64,000 bases of DNA from Legionellales bacterium (lineage in GTDB: Bacteria; Pseudomonadota; Gammaproteobacteria; M30B25), in contig JBDOIW010000036.1 of the NCBI GenBank assembly GCA_047404175.1, positions 4,351 through 68,350 on the forward strand, in the 5' to 3' direction. The notes beneath the pieces are model-generated. The model searched no databases, was not told the DNA's origin, and worked only from the letters and a program-made list of their open reading frames with translations. The translations under genes and the position numbers were made by a program. Shown in pieces: positions 9,128 to 17,947 of the stretch (positions are counted from its first letter, which is position 1; each line of letters starts with the position of its first letter).

Positions 9128-10815
9128 ATGAATATATTAAAGCAATTAAAACTAGGTCTTGTGACATTAGCAAGCATTGGGATGATCGCTGCTTGTGGGG
9201 GTAGTTCAAGCAACGTCTCAAGCTCAAGTTCAGTCAATAAGGTAGTAGGAACAACAACGTGTCCCAAGGGGCTTGATTTGGTATTTGGGCAGCACTTTGC
9301 ATCTGAAGAAGATAGAATGCGTTTAGCATCTGGGGCAGAATCAGCAAGTAGTGAGGACGATCCATTTCATATATTTTTAACAGGAGATTTAGCTAAAACA
9401 GTTACTTTGACAGATAATCAAGCTAGTGAAGCTGGTGTTGCTTCTGGAACAAAAGCTAGCTTAGCTATGGCTATTTTTACAGAGAGCCTTTTTGATGAAA
9501 ATAGTGGCAGCCCAGACAGTCCTGTCATTGTATTTGGTTATGTGAGTGTTAATGATCGTGAGCTAATTGAGGTTATACCTGGATTTGTGCCCTTTAAAAC
9601 TAATAATATGGCTATGATCACTGATCCAAATGCACATGCGGAGACTTGGACAAAAATACAGGAAACAGGTAGCGAGCTAACACCAGATAATGTATTAAAA
9701 TTTTTTGAGGATAACAGTGAAAAAAAAGTAAAAGATTTTGTTATGCAGCAAATTTTTGAGCTTTTTAAGGAGACTAATGACCTTCCCTGGTATTATTTTG
9801 TAATCGATTTTGATGGATCTAGCGAAGAAGAGATGATTTCAAATATTGAGCTAGTGAATATGAAGTGGGGGGATAATGCAGAAGCAAAGGAGCGAGCAAA
9901 CAATTATAGTAAGCAATTACACGAGTATTATGGTCATCTAGTAAGCAATTACACGAGTATTATGGTCATCTTCTTATAGACTATAATAGTCATTTAGAAA
10001 GTTTCGTTGACTATTCTTTGGGTTTAGGAGATATCCATGATGCTACTGTTGGGGATGTCCTAGTAATAATGTCAGCGTTGGTAGAACCATATTGGGTAAA
10101 TATAGACGACTCAGCATCTATAGTTGATGCTCTTCACGGTTTCGGTTTACTTAGCTCTGAAGGTTATAAAGATTATGGCTTGGAAGATTATAAAAACTTA
10201 TATGAAGAGCACGCTCCAGAAGATTTAGATTCAACGGTAGAACGTAAGCTAAAAGATAATAAATATATTATGAAAAATTGGTTGCAAGCAGTTAGCCAGT
10301 ATAGAGCAGAACTTGAAGAAGCAGTTGAGCAAGGTGAGTCATTAGCAACAGGTGCAAATGAGGCTTATGGTGAGTATGTGAATAACACTCATGATATATT
10401 ATCAGCCTTACTTAATGCTATAGAGATAGCAGAAACAACAGTCAAGGGTTTGTATCACGGTTCTATCAGCTTGAGTGGACATGGTATTGATGATGCCTGT
10501 ATGGCTTTAATTGCTGATACTGTCGATTTTGATGTTTTGGGCAATGCAGTAACATCATTAGATCTTAGTAACAATAAGCTTGGTCCTGATGGATTGAGAG
10601 CTATTTTGAAGCATTTCGATGCAAGAGATGCTAATGGTAATCGTATGCATGGTTTATCCATCAGTAGTATTATTGTCTCAGGCAACGAAAGGATTACGGA
10701 TAGAGAAGTGGAAGAACTCATAAAAGAATTTCCAGACATTCTTGATGATAATCTTTTTCAAGCAAGTATCACTATTTTTTCATCTACAAGTTTGGGTGTG
10801 GGAAACGATGATTAA
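9128..10815 (+). pseudogene. Array lipoprotein 3, frameshifted by a 32-bp tandem duplication
   Basis: ORFs 9128-9979 and 10018-10815 join into one paralog of lipoprotein 2 when one copy of the 9907-9970 duplication is removed. Confidence 0.9.
9907..9970 (+). repeat. Perfect 2 x 32-bp tandem duplication
   Basis: TAGTAAGCAATTACACGAGTATTATGGTCATC twice. Confidence 0.97.
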
Positions 10816-10876
10816 GAAATAGATGCTCCTTAGTAAGAAGCTGGTCCTTAAATACTATGGGCTGACAGTGTTCTTC

Positions 10877-10904
10877 AAAAAAGCCGCTTCAGAGCGGCTT
10901 TTTT
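10877..10904. terminator. Intrinsic terminator, array copy 3
   Basis: AAAAAAGCCGCT-TCAG-AGCGGCTTTTTT. Confidence 0.9.
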
Positions 10905-10989
10905 GTGTTCTTTTTGAAGTTCAATTATCCAGCATAAATAAATATTTCAACTATACTTGTCTCGATTATTTAATAACTGAGGAAAAAAA

Positions 10990-12870
10990 ATGAATACGTT
11001 TAATCAATTAAAATTAGGTATTGTCACATTAGCAAGCATTGGTATGATAGCTGCGTGTGGTGGTGGTTCAAGTAGTGGTAGTAGTTCAGCTGCAGGAGCA
11101 AAAGCGGCTGCTCCTTCAACGTGTCCTACAAAGATTCAGTTTGCTTTAAGAGAGTTTTTAACTGATGAATCTGCGGCTAAGTTAGCCAGTGGTGCATCCA
11201 TGCAAGACATAGAAGCAACAGGGGATTTAGCTTGGGTTTTAGTTTCAGAAGAAGGTGATTTTTGGTATGACACCATTTATCTCAATGAAGATGGTACCTT
11301 ATCTAACACAGATGCAAATGGTGGAACTCAATTGACTTTAGTGATGTACGGTACTGGTCATCCAACGCAAACCGCTATCGATTCGAATTATGATAGAGGT
11401 ATTCAGGATTCTGAGTCATATTCGGAGAATCGTTCTTATATTGATTTTGTAACAACTACCTATGATATTTTTGAAGATATGAACTTCGCTTATGTTGATT
11501 TGAATAAAGGTGTGGATGAGAACAGTCATTCTGTATTATTTTTATTGAGATCAACATTATATGCAAATGCAGTGCTGGATGAAACTCTTGTTGGTTCTGA
11601 AAGAGTATTATTCCCTAATCTTCTCGACCTTACAGCAGATAATGCTCTATCCAATAATTATCAAGTCATGAGTATTAGCGATGAAAATAAACAGAAGCTT
11701 ATACTTGATTTAGCAAAGGCTGTGATTGCAAGTGAGAGCTATGATGTCACCAACTTTAGGACTTATGAGCAAAATCAGTCACAAGAAACAGGTACTGTTG
11801 ACTATTCTTATGAAGAAAAGGATGGGAGATATACTGAGGTAGAAACTTATTATAATAGCGATATGAACGTGGTCTTTGAAGACACGTATTCGGATGTTCT
11901 GAGTTATGATTATATAGATGCGACCTACACTAGTCGTGAATATGGTGATGACGAATCTCTTTTACAGGTTTTCTCATATGAGATGTATGATGACAATACG
12001 CCTGACAACTACGAGTATAGTAGCGAATCGTTATATTATTGGGGGGATCGAGGGGCTAATGATAATCAGTTAGCTAGGCAAGTGATTCATAAGCATCCAA
12101 ATGGAAAAGCTCATTCAACTGATGGCAGTGATTTGTATGAATCATTTACCTATAATCAGGAGGGTACATTGATTCGTCATGTTGTAGACACAGAAGGATA
12201 CCGGAAAAAATTTATGTACGATGAAGATGAAAATATTACTATCATGTCACAACATCAGTTTGATTTAGAGACACATGAAATGATTACAACTACTTATTAT
12301 TCACCAGATTCTGATGGAAATCTTCAGGAATTAACGGATCAGGATATAATCGAGTTATTAGTGGCTCAGAATGAACAACTCTATGATTCATTGGGTGATG
12401 CCTGGTATGGGATGATGTCTGATATTCACGCATCGCGCGTGGATGAGGTATTCAACTACAAAGAAGGCTTAGCTGGTTACCTCAATCAATTTTCACAGCT
12501 TAATGCTGGGGCAATTATGATGTATGATGCATTTAAATCTGGAACACTACCACTCAACAAGACAGATCTTAGTCAAGCCTGCTTAGTAAAAGTGATGAAA
12601 GATGTTCCCTTGGACGGAGATGACAACGAGGGGATTGCACCAGTGGAGATTATTAACCTAAGCAACAACAAAACAGTAACTGTTGAAGCACTGAAAGCGA
12701 TGTTAGAAGAATTAGAAACGAATGGTAAAGGAGAGAGCATTATTTCAATTGATGTTAGAAATACTAGCATTACAGCAGATCAGGCTAAGGATCTTATGGA
12801 TACAGAGTCAATGCTAAGTATCTATGAAGTTTTAGGTATTACACTGATTCATGATGGAATGGAGAACTAA
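10990..12870 (+). CDS. Array lipoprotein 4 (Tyr/Asp-rich passenger)
   Basis: Same lipoprotein signal; STCP; C-terminal ACLVKVMKDV...INLSNN...IDVRNTSIT. Confidence 0.88.
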   Translation: MNTFNQLKLGIVTLASIGMIAACGGGSSSGSSSAAGAKAAAPSTCPTKIQFALREFLTDESAAKLASGASMQDIEATGDLAWVLVSEEGDFWYDTIYLNEDGTLSNTDANGGTQLTLVMYGTGHPTQTAIDSNYDRGIQDSESYSENRSYIDFVTTTYDIFEDMNFAYVDLNKGVDENSHSVLFLLRSTLYANAVLDETLVGSERVLFPNLLDLTADNALSNNYQVMSISDENKQKLILDLAKAVIASESYDVTNFRTYEQNQSQETGTVDYSYEEKDGRYTEVETYYNSDMNVVFEDTYSDVLSYDYIDATYTSREYGDDESLLQVFSYEMYDDNTPDNYEYSSESLYYWGDRGANDNQLARQVIHKHPNGKAHSTDGSDLYESFTYNQEGTLIRHVVDTEGYRKKFMYDEDENITIMSQHQFDLETHEMITTTYYSPDSDGNLQELTDQDIIELLVAQNEQLYDSLGDAWYGMMSDIHASRVDEVFNYKEGLAGYLNQFSQLNAGAIMMYDAFKSGTLPLNKTDLSQACLVKVMKDVPLDGDDNEGIAPVEIINLSNNKTVTVEALKAMLEELETNGKGESIISIDVRNTSITADQAKDLMDTESMLSIYEVLGITLIHDGMEN

Positions 12871-12932
12871 AACTGAATATGGTGTTTAATATTGAAATGT
12901 AATAGGGCGCTAATGAAGGCAGTCCAAAAATG

Positions 12933-12958
12933 AAAAAGCCGCTTTAGAGCGGCTTTTT
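12933..12958. terminator. Intrinsic terminator, array copy 4
   Basis: AAAAAGCCGCT-TTAG-AGCGGCTTTTT. Confidence 0.9.
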
Positions 12959-13045
12959 CTTGTCTGTTAAAAAGTGATAATAATCCAGAATAAATAAATA
13001 TTACAACTATACTTAACGAGTTAAATTAATAGCTTTGGAGAAAAG

Positions 13046-14395
13046 ATGAATGCATTAAAACAATTGAAACTAGGACTTGTGACATTAGCAAGCACTGGTA
13101 TAATCGCAGCTTGTGGTGGTTCAAGTGGTGGCTCTAGCTCTGGGTCAGTAAGTGTCCAAAATACGTCAACTTGCCCGGTAGGGTTAGGTTTAGTCTTAAA
13201 GAAGCAACTTACAAAAGAGGCTGAACAACGCCTAGCTGCTGGCGCATCAACAACGTCTAATGGTGTGGATGTCTTAAAACGGATTAGCAAACCGTATAAA
13301 TTTGACGAAAATCATGCGTTGTATCAAGAGACCATTGGAAAGGATTCTAAGAAGCTGTATAGAGCAGTGGCTGCTGTAGAGATTGATACTTATGATGATT
13401 CCGGTAATGCTATGAAAACCAATGCTATGGGCTTTGTTTATGTCGATAGTGAAGGCAAAGTCAGTGAAAACATACCATTATTTGTTCCTTTTAGCAATTA
13501 TGATGTGGATAAAGAAGGTGAAGTGACAGAAGCAGTGGTACCCGTATTTAGGTGGAATGCTTACAATAGCAATACTGATTCAATCATGAATGGCGATCAA
13601 GTCAGTACAATACAAAAATATTACGGAGATCTTTTTATCGACTGGATTGTCTATAAGAAAAAGTATGAGTCCATATGGAAGTTATTTGAAGAAGAGGATC
13701 TTGATGATTCTATTGCTGATACTAGAGTAGATTCACTAATTCCTTCAGATTTTCGTGCTGACGTTGTTAAGGTTAGAGCTGTTGCTGAAAAGTGGACGAT
13801 CGCTGGTAACTATCTGTTGGGTGAGATAGGTTTTGAATTGAAAGATTCCGCAGATGAAACACTAGAAGGAACACTTCTCGAAGATTCCTTTGGTGACTTT
13901 GCTGAAGCAGTTGATTTTAGTGATGAAATAGATGAAATATTAAGCATGGTTGACATATTTGAATCATTGGTTACAGGATTACAAGATGGTGTTCTTGATT
14001 TAAGGGATCTAGGGGTCAATGATGCATGTTTGAAGCTAGTGATTGATAATGTGGACTTAGACGGGGATGTTGGTGCAGCTATCAGTAAGTTGGATTTGAG
14101 AGATAATGCAATTACTATTTCAGGATTGCGAAACGTTTTACGTCATCTTGATATGAGAGACAAAGATGGCAATCGAATTCATGGATTAGGTATCGGTAGT
14201 ATCGACATATCAGGTAATAATATCAATAATACAGAGCTTGACGACGCTAAAAAGGAATTTGAGGGTCTATTGGAGGGAGTGATTTTTACGCATATCAAAA
14301 TTATCATGAATATGACGGTGAAAGAAGCGTCAGAAATAATTGATGAATATGAAGATGAAGATGAAGATGAAGAAGATGAAGATGATGAAGAGTAA
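13046..14395 (+). CDS. Array lipoprotein 5 (poly-acidic tail)
   Basis: Lipobox IIAA|CGG; STCP; DACLKLVIDNV, LDLRDNAITISGLR; ends EDEDEDEEDEDDEE. Confidence 0.88.
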   Translation: MNALKQLKLGLVTLASTGIIAACGGSSGGSSSGSVSVQNTSTCPVGLGLVLKKQLTKEAEQRLAAGASTTSNGVDVLKRISKPYKFDENHALYQETIGKDSKKLYRAVAAVEIDTYDDSGNAMKTNAMGFVYVDSEGKVSENIPLFVPFSNYDVDKEGEVTEAVVPVFRWNAYNSNTDSIMNGDQVSTIQKYYGDLFIDWIVYKKKYESIWKLFEEEDLDDSIADTRVDSLIPSDFRADVVKVRAVAEKWTIAGNYLLGEIGFELKDSADETLEGTLLEDSFGDFAEAVDFSDEIDEILSMVDIFESLVTGLQDGVLDLRDLGVNDACLKLVIDNVDLDGDVGAAISKLDLRDNAITISGLRNVLRHLDMRDKDGNRIHGLGIGSIDISGNNINNTELDDAKKEFEGLLEGVIFTHIKIIMNMTVKEASEIIDEYEDEDEDEEDEDDEE

Positions 14396-14423
14396 CCCAT
14401 GAATTTGGAGTAAATAATACAAG

Positions 14424-14450
14424 AAAAAGCCGCTTTATGCGGCTTTTTTT
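14424..14450. terminator. Intrinsic terminator, array copy 5
   Basis: AAAAAGCCGC-TTTAT-GCGGCTTTTTTT. Confidence 0.88.
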
Positions 14451-14451
14451 G

Positions 14452-14624
14452 TTCGTCATCAATGTGGCGCAAGGTTGGACCTATATAGAGTTGGCGTGGT
14501 CGGCCTAATTGATAGTCGCTATTACGCATTTCAAGCCAATGGGCAACCCAACCAGTTGTGCGAGCCAAAGCAAAAATGGTAGTAAAAAAGCGTTTGGGAA
14601 TGCCAAGTGCGCTTAAAGTAAGGC
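14452..14624 (-). pseudogene. gltA: Remnant of citrate synthase 3' end (about 57 codons, stop changed to GAA)
   Basis: Translates LTLSALGIPKRFFTTIFALARTTGWVAHWLEMRNSDYQLGRPRQLYIGPTLRHIDD; 11 mismatches in 173 bp versus gltA by manual alignment. Confidence 0.93.
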
Positions 14625-14869
14625 TAGTGTGAAAATAAGCCTTAGAATAAATCTTATATAGAAAATAGAGATCTAAATGTCATGGCTATGATTGACGGTA
14701 AACATAGTAATAAAAGGAGTGTTGGGCCTAACTATAACGGTTGCCTATGTGCAAGAGAAAAATTGAAAAAATTAGTGTTTGATGAATTTATATTAAAGCT
14801 GTATTTGTCCATAATTAATATAAATGTCATCTATACTTAACTCATTAAATTAATAGATTAGGAAAAAAG

Positions 14870-16465
14870 ATGAATACGTTTAAACAATTAAAATTAGGTC
14901 TTGTGACATTAGCAAGCATTGGGATGATCGCAGCTTGTGGTGGTGGTTCAGGTAGTGTTGGCACTGCTTCAGGAGCAAAAGCAGTGGCTAAAACCTGCCC
15001 TTCGGGTATTGATCTTGTTTTAAGAGATTATGTTAGCGAAGAAGGCGCTAAGAGGATTGCTAGTGGAGCCGAGAATCTTAGATATGAGTTATTGGAGCAC
15101 ATAGGTACCAATCTGTTTATCTCTGATCTTGATATGGTAACCATAGACCAAGGAGCGACGAAATTTTTACTCTTGGATTGGATGAAAGTTAGTTCTGGTC
15201 AACATACTATTGAAAATCATCAGCGGCGAGCAGCAATTGTGATTGTGTATCTGGTATTGTTGACTGAAATTGTTGCTTTAAATGATTTAAATGAGGATGC
15301 ATTGCATATTGTAACAAGGCTTAATACGAAAGAAGATGGTTCTGAGATTCAAGAATACATGTTGACCGATACCGATTTTGAGGATTATCTCCAGTATACT
15401 CCTAATCCTGAGTATTACGATGGATCGTTTTCCCAACGTGGGAACATAAAAGAACTCTCAGAGTCAATATTTAAAAACATTGTCATCTTTACAGAGGATA
15501 AACCTGTAGCATCAGAATCGGATGAACAGCAAATGATACGTTATCAATTTATTGCAGAAAAGCAGCATATTTTAGGAGAGATGATAATGCATATGCTCAG
15601 TGTTAAAGTTGCACAAGAATCTGACAGAGTGTTAGCTGTATCATTAGCTCAAATGAATGATCTTTCGAAGAAAAATATGGAATTGGATTCTCGTATTGAT
15701 GATTTAAAATCTGAGAAAGCTAATTTACAGTCTCAGAAAGATGATTTACAGTCTCAGAATGATGATTTACAGTCTCAGAATGATGATTTACAGTCTCAGA
15801 AAGCTGATTTAACATCTGAGAAAGCTGATTTACAGTTTAAGTTCGATGTCTCTAAAGGAAAAGTTGAGGCTCTAGATAAGCAAATTGTGGGTCTAAATGC
15901 GCAAATTGCAGGCAAAGATAAAGAAATAGCTGGTTTTATAGCAAAGGTAAATAAGCTATCTAGTGATAAGGAAGCATTAACAGCTGAAAAAGAGCGTTTG
16001 GAAGCTAAGTATGATACAGATATTGCAGGTCTAGAAAGCAAACTAGATGATATGCAAAACAAGACTGAAGCTCTTACAAAACAATTAAGTGAGGCTTTGG
16101 CTCAAAAATCTAAGTTTGAAAGGATGTTGTCTCAAGGTGTGGTTGATTTGAGTGGAGTTGCGATGAGTAATGCTTGTTTAACTTTAGTCATGGATAACAT
16201 TGTACTTGATGAAACAAAAGATGTGGGTGATGCTGACTATGATTCAAAAAAAGAAGTACGTAAGTTGGATTTTAGTGGCAATAAATGGTTTGACAAAGAC
16301 TCACTCAGAATTGTGTTTGATTCACTCTTGACTCAAGAAAGAACTTTTCTAAAGGAAATAAATTTAGAGGGTACTTCTGTTACTCTGGATGAGATTACAA
16401 AATTGCTCGATGAAGATGACTATTCTGAATTGCATGATATGGACGTTAAGCATGATGATTTATAA
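14870..16465 (+). CDS. Array lipoprotein 6 (coiled-coil passenger)
   Basis: Same signal peptide; KTCP; heptad repeats; NACLTLVMDNI, LDFSGNKWFDKDSLR. Confidence 0.88.
   Translation: MNTFKQLKLGLVTLASIGMIAACGGGSGSVGTASGAKAVAKTCPSGIDLVLRDYVSEEGAKRIASGAENLRYELLEHIGTNLFISDLDMVTIDQGATKFLLLDWMKVSSGQHTIENHQRRAAIVIVYLVLLTEIVALNDLNEDALHIVTRLNTKEDGSEIQEYMLTDTDFEDYLQYTPNPEYYDGSFSQRGNIKELSESIFKNIVIFTEDKPVASESDEQQMIRYQFIAEKQHILGEMIMHMLSVKVAQESDRVLAVSLAQMNDLSKKNMELDSRIDDLKSEKANLQSQKDDLQSQNDDLQSQNDDLQSQKADLTSEKADLQFKFDVSKGKVEALDKQIVGLNAQIAGKDKEIAGFIAKVNKLSSDKEALTAEKERLEAKYDTDIAGLESKLDDMQNKTEALTKQLSEALAQKSKFERMLSQGVVDLSGVAMSNACLTLVMDNIVLDETKDVGDADYDSKKEVRKLDFSGNKWFDKDSLRIVFDSLLTQERTFLKEINLEGTSVTLDEITKLLDEDDYSELHDMDVKHDDL
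15701..15835 (+). repeat. About 6.5 x 21-bp tandem repeat encoding heptads (DLQSQND-like)
   Basis: GATTTACAGTCTCAGAATGAT and variants in tandem. Confidence 0.92.
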
Positions 16466-16498
16466 AAAGTAACCCATGAATTTGGAGTAAATAATATG

Positions 16499-16529
16499 AA
16501 AAAAAGCCGCTCTGGAGCGGCTTTTTTTT
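16499..16529. terminator. Bidirectional terminator between lipoprotein 6 and gltA
   Basis: A-tract-GCCGCTC-TG-GAGCGGC-T-tract directly after the gltA stop. Confidence 0.92.
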
Positions 16530-16530
16530 G

Positions 16531-17799
16531 TTAGTCATCAATGTGGCGCAAGGTTGGGCCGGTATAGAGTTGGCGTGGTCGGCCTAATTGATAGTCGCTA
16601 TTACGCATTTCAAGCCAATGGGCAACCCAGCCTGTTGTGCGAGCCAAAGCAAACAGGGTAGTAAAAAAGCGTTTGGGAATCCCAAGTGCGCTTAAGGTAA
16701 TGCCTGAGTAAAAATCAACGTTTGGATATAGATTGCGAGATTTGAAGTAATCGTCTTCTAAGGCAATTTTTTCCAAGGCCATGGCAAGTTCAAACAAAGG
16801 TGAGTCTCCTTTATCAGCCACACTCAGTACCTCATGACACGTTGAGCGCATGATAGTTGCCCTTGGATCATAGCTTTTGTAAACACGGTGCCCAAAGCCC
16901 ATGAGTCTGAAGTTGTCATTGGGATCTTTAGCTTTAGCAATATAGTTTTCAATGTGATCAACAGAGCCAATGGTTTCAAGCATATCAAGGCAGGCCTCGT
17001 TAGCGCCACCATGAGCTTTGCCCCACAAGGCAGCAACACCAGCGGCAACGCAGGCGTAAGGGTCAGCACCTGTTGATCCTGCCAGGCGCACAGTCGATGT
17101 GGATGCATTTTGTTCGTGATCGGCATGTAGTATAAAGATTTTATCAAGTGCTTTGGCCAAAACATGTTCTTTTTCTGTAAGCGGTCTTCCTCGTAAAAGA
17201 GCTAGAAAGTGCTCTGCGTAATGCTCTGGTTGCAAATGATTATCATAGGGCTGTTGGTGCTGATGGCAAAAAATAGCTGCAATGAGACACGGAATCTTGG
17301 CGACTAAGTCATAAGCTGCCTGCTCACGCACGGAAGATTGGCTGTAATCATTTTGGTCATGATGAAGTGACGCTAATTGCCCTATGGCTGCTATGAGGAG
17401 CGCCATGGGGTGTCCGTCAGTATTACCCTCTAGTAAGCGATGAATCGAAGCGTCAAGTGTCATTTGAGATAAAATGGTCTCCCTAAATACTTTGCTCGAT
17501 TGTTCTTGAGGTAGCTCGCCTTGTATTAACAGTTGAGCAGTCTCTAAAAAATCTTTTTTTGCAGCTAATTCTTCTATAGGGTAGCCACGATGTAATAAGA
17601 TACCCTCGTTACCATCAATATATGTGATTTTAGATTCGCATGCTGCAGTGACCTTAAACCCTGGGTCGTAAACCCAGGCGTTTTGTTTAGCAATGTCTTG
17701 CATGGGAATGACATCATTGCCTAAAGTAGCTTCGATAGTGCTTAGTGGAATGGTGGTCTTGTTGTTGAGGTTAAGAGCGATAGAATCATGCTTGCTCAT
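16531..17799 (-). CDS. gltA: Citrate synthase
   Basis: HADHEQNAST, AHGGANE, GFGHRVYKSYDPRA, YPNVDFYSG. Confidence 0.99.
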   Translation of the reverse strand: MSKHDSIALNLNNKTTIPLSTIEATLGNDVIPMQDIAKQNAWVYDPGFKVTAACESKITYIDGNEGILLHRGYPIEELAAKKDFLETAQLLIQGELPQEQSSKVFRETILSQMTLDASIHRLLEGNTDGHPMALLIAAIGQLASLHHDQNDYSQSSVREQAAYDLVAKIPCLIAAIFCHQHQQPYDNHLQPEHYAEHFLALLRGRPLTEKEHVLAKALDKIFILHADHEQNASTSTVRLAGSTGADPYACVAAGVAALWGKAHGGANEACLDMLETIGSVDHIENYIAKAKDPNDNFRLMGFGHRVYKSYDPRATIMRSTCHEVLSVADKGDSPLFELAMALEKIALEDDYFKSRNLYPNVDFYSGITLSALGIPKRFFTTLFALARTTGWVAHWLEMRNSDYQLGRPRQLYTGPTLRHIDD

Positions 17800-17837
17800 T
17801 GATACTCCTTATCTTTGTTCTTTGACCTTGACCCATC

Positions 17838-17866
17838 ATATTAGGGGACAAAAGAGTCATTGTCAA
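17838..17866 (-). promoter_or_regulatory. Putative sigma70 promoter of gltA
   Basis: Minus strand TTGACA-17 bp-TAATAT. Confidence 0.6.
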
Positions 17867-17879
17867 AGAAGGCCTTAGC

Positions 17880-17908
17880 TTGAAATTTTGAAATGCCAGG
17901 AGTATACT
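17880..17908 (+). promoter_or_regulatory. Putative sigma70 promoter of the sdh-suc operon
   Basis: TTGAAA-17 bp-TATACT. Confidence 0.7.
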
Positions 17909-17947
17909 AATAGTGCTTAATTTATAAAGACCCTATGAGAGGTATAT

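Larger units (their letters stand above)
14391..14624. repeat. About 234-bp direct repeat of 16468-16703 (spacer, terminator and gltA 3' end)
   Basis: AGTAACCCATGAATTTGGAGTAAATAATA..., the terminator and ...GTCATCAATGTGGCGCAAGGTTGG... occur at both sites. Confidence 0.97.

Noticed and set aside
8582-10675. Near-identical blocks as a DGR template/variable pair
   Set aside because: Mismatches are mostly synonymous and not adenine-specific; no reverse transcriptase in the window
14179-14568. 129-aa minus-strand ORF
   Set aside because: It is the gltA remnant reading through its lost stop into the antisense of lipoprotein 5
14729-14741. TAACTATAACGGT, matching part of the 23S rRNA I-CeuI site
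   Set aside because: Only 13 bp match and the flanks are not rRNA-like; likely chance
7200-16529. Repeated hairpins as CRISPR repeats or integron attC sites
   Set aside because: They are 1.5-2.1 kb apart, have terminator A/T tracts, lack RYYYAAC/GTTRRRY ends, and no cas or intI gene is present
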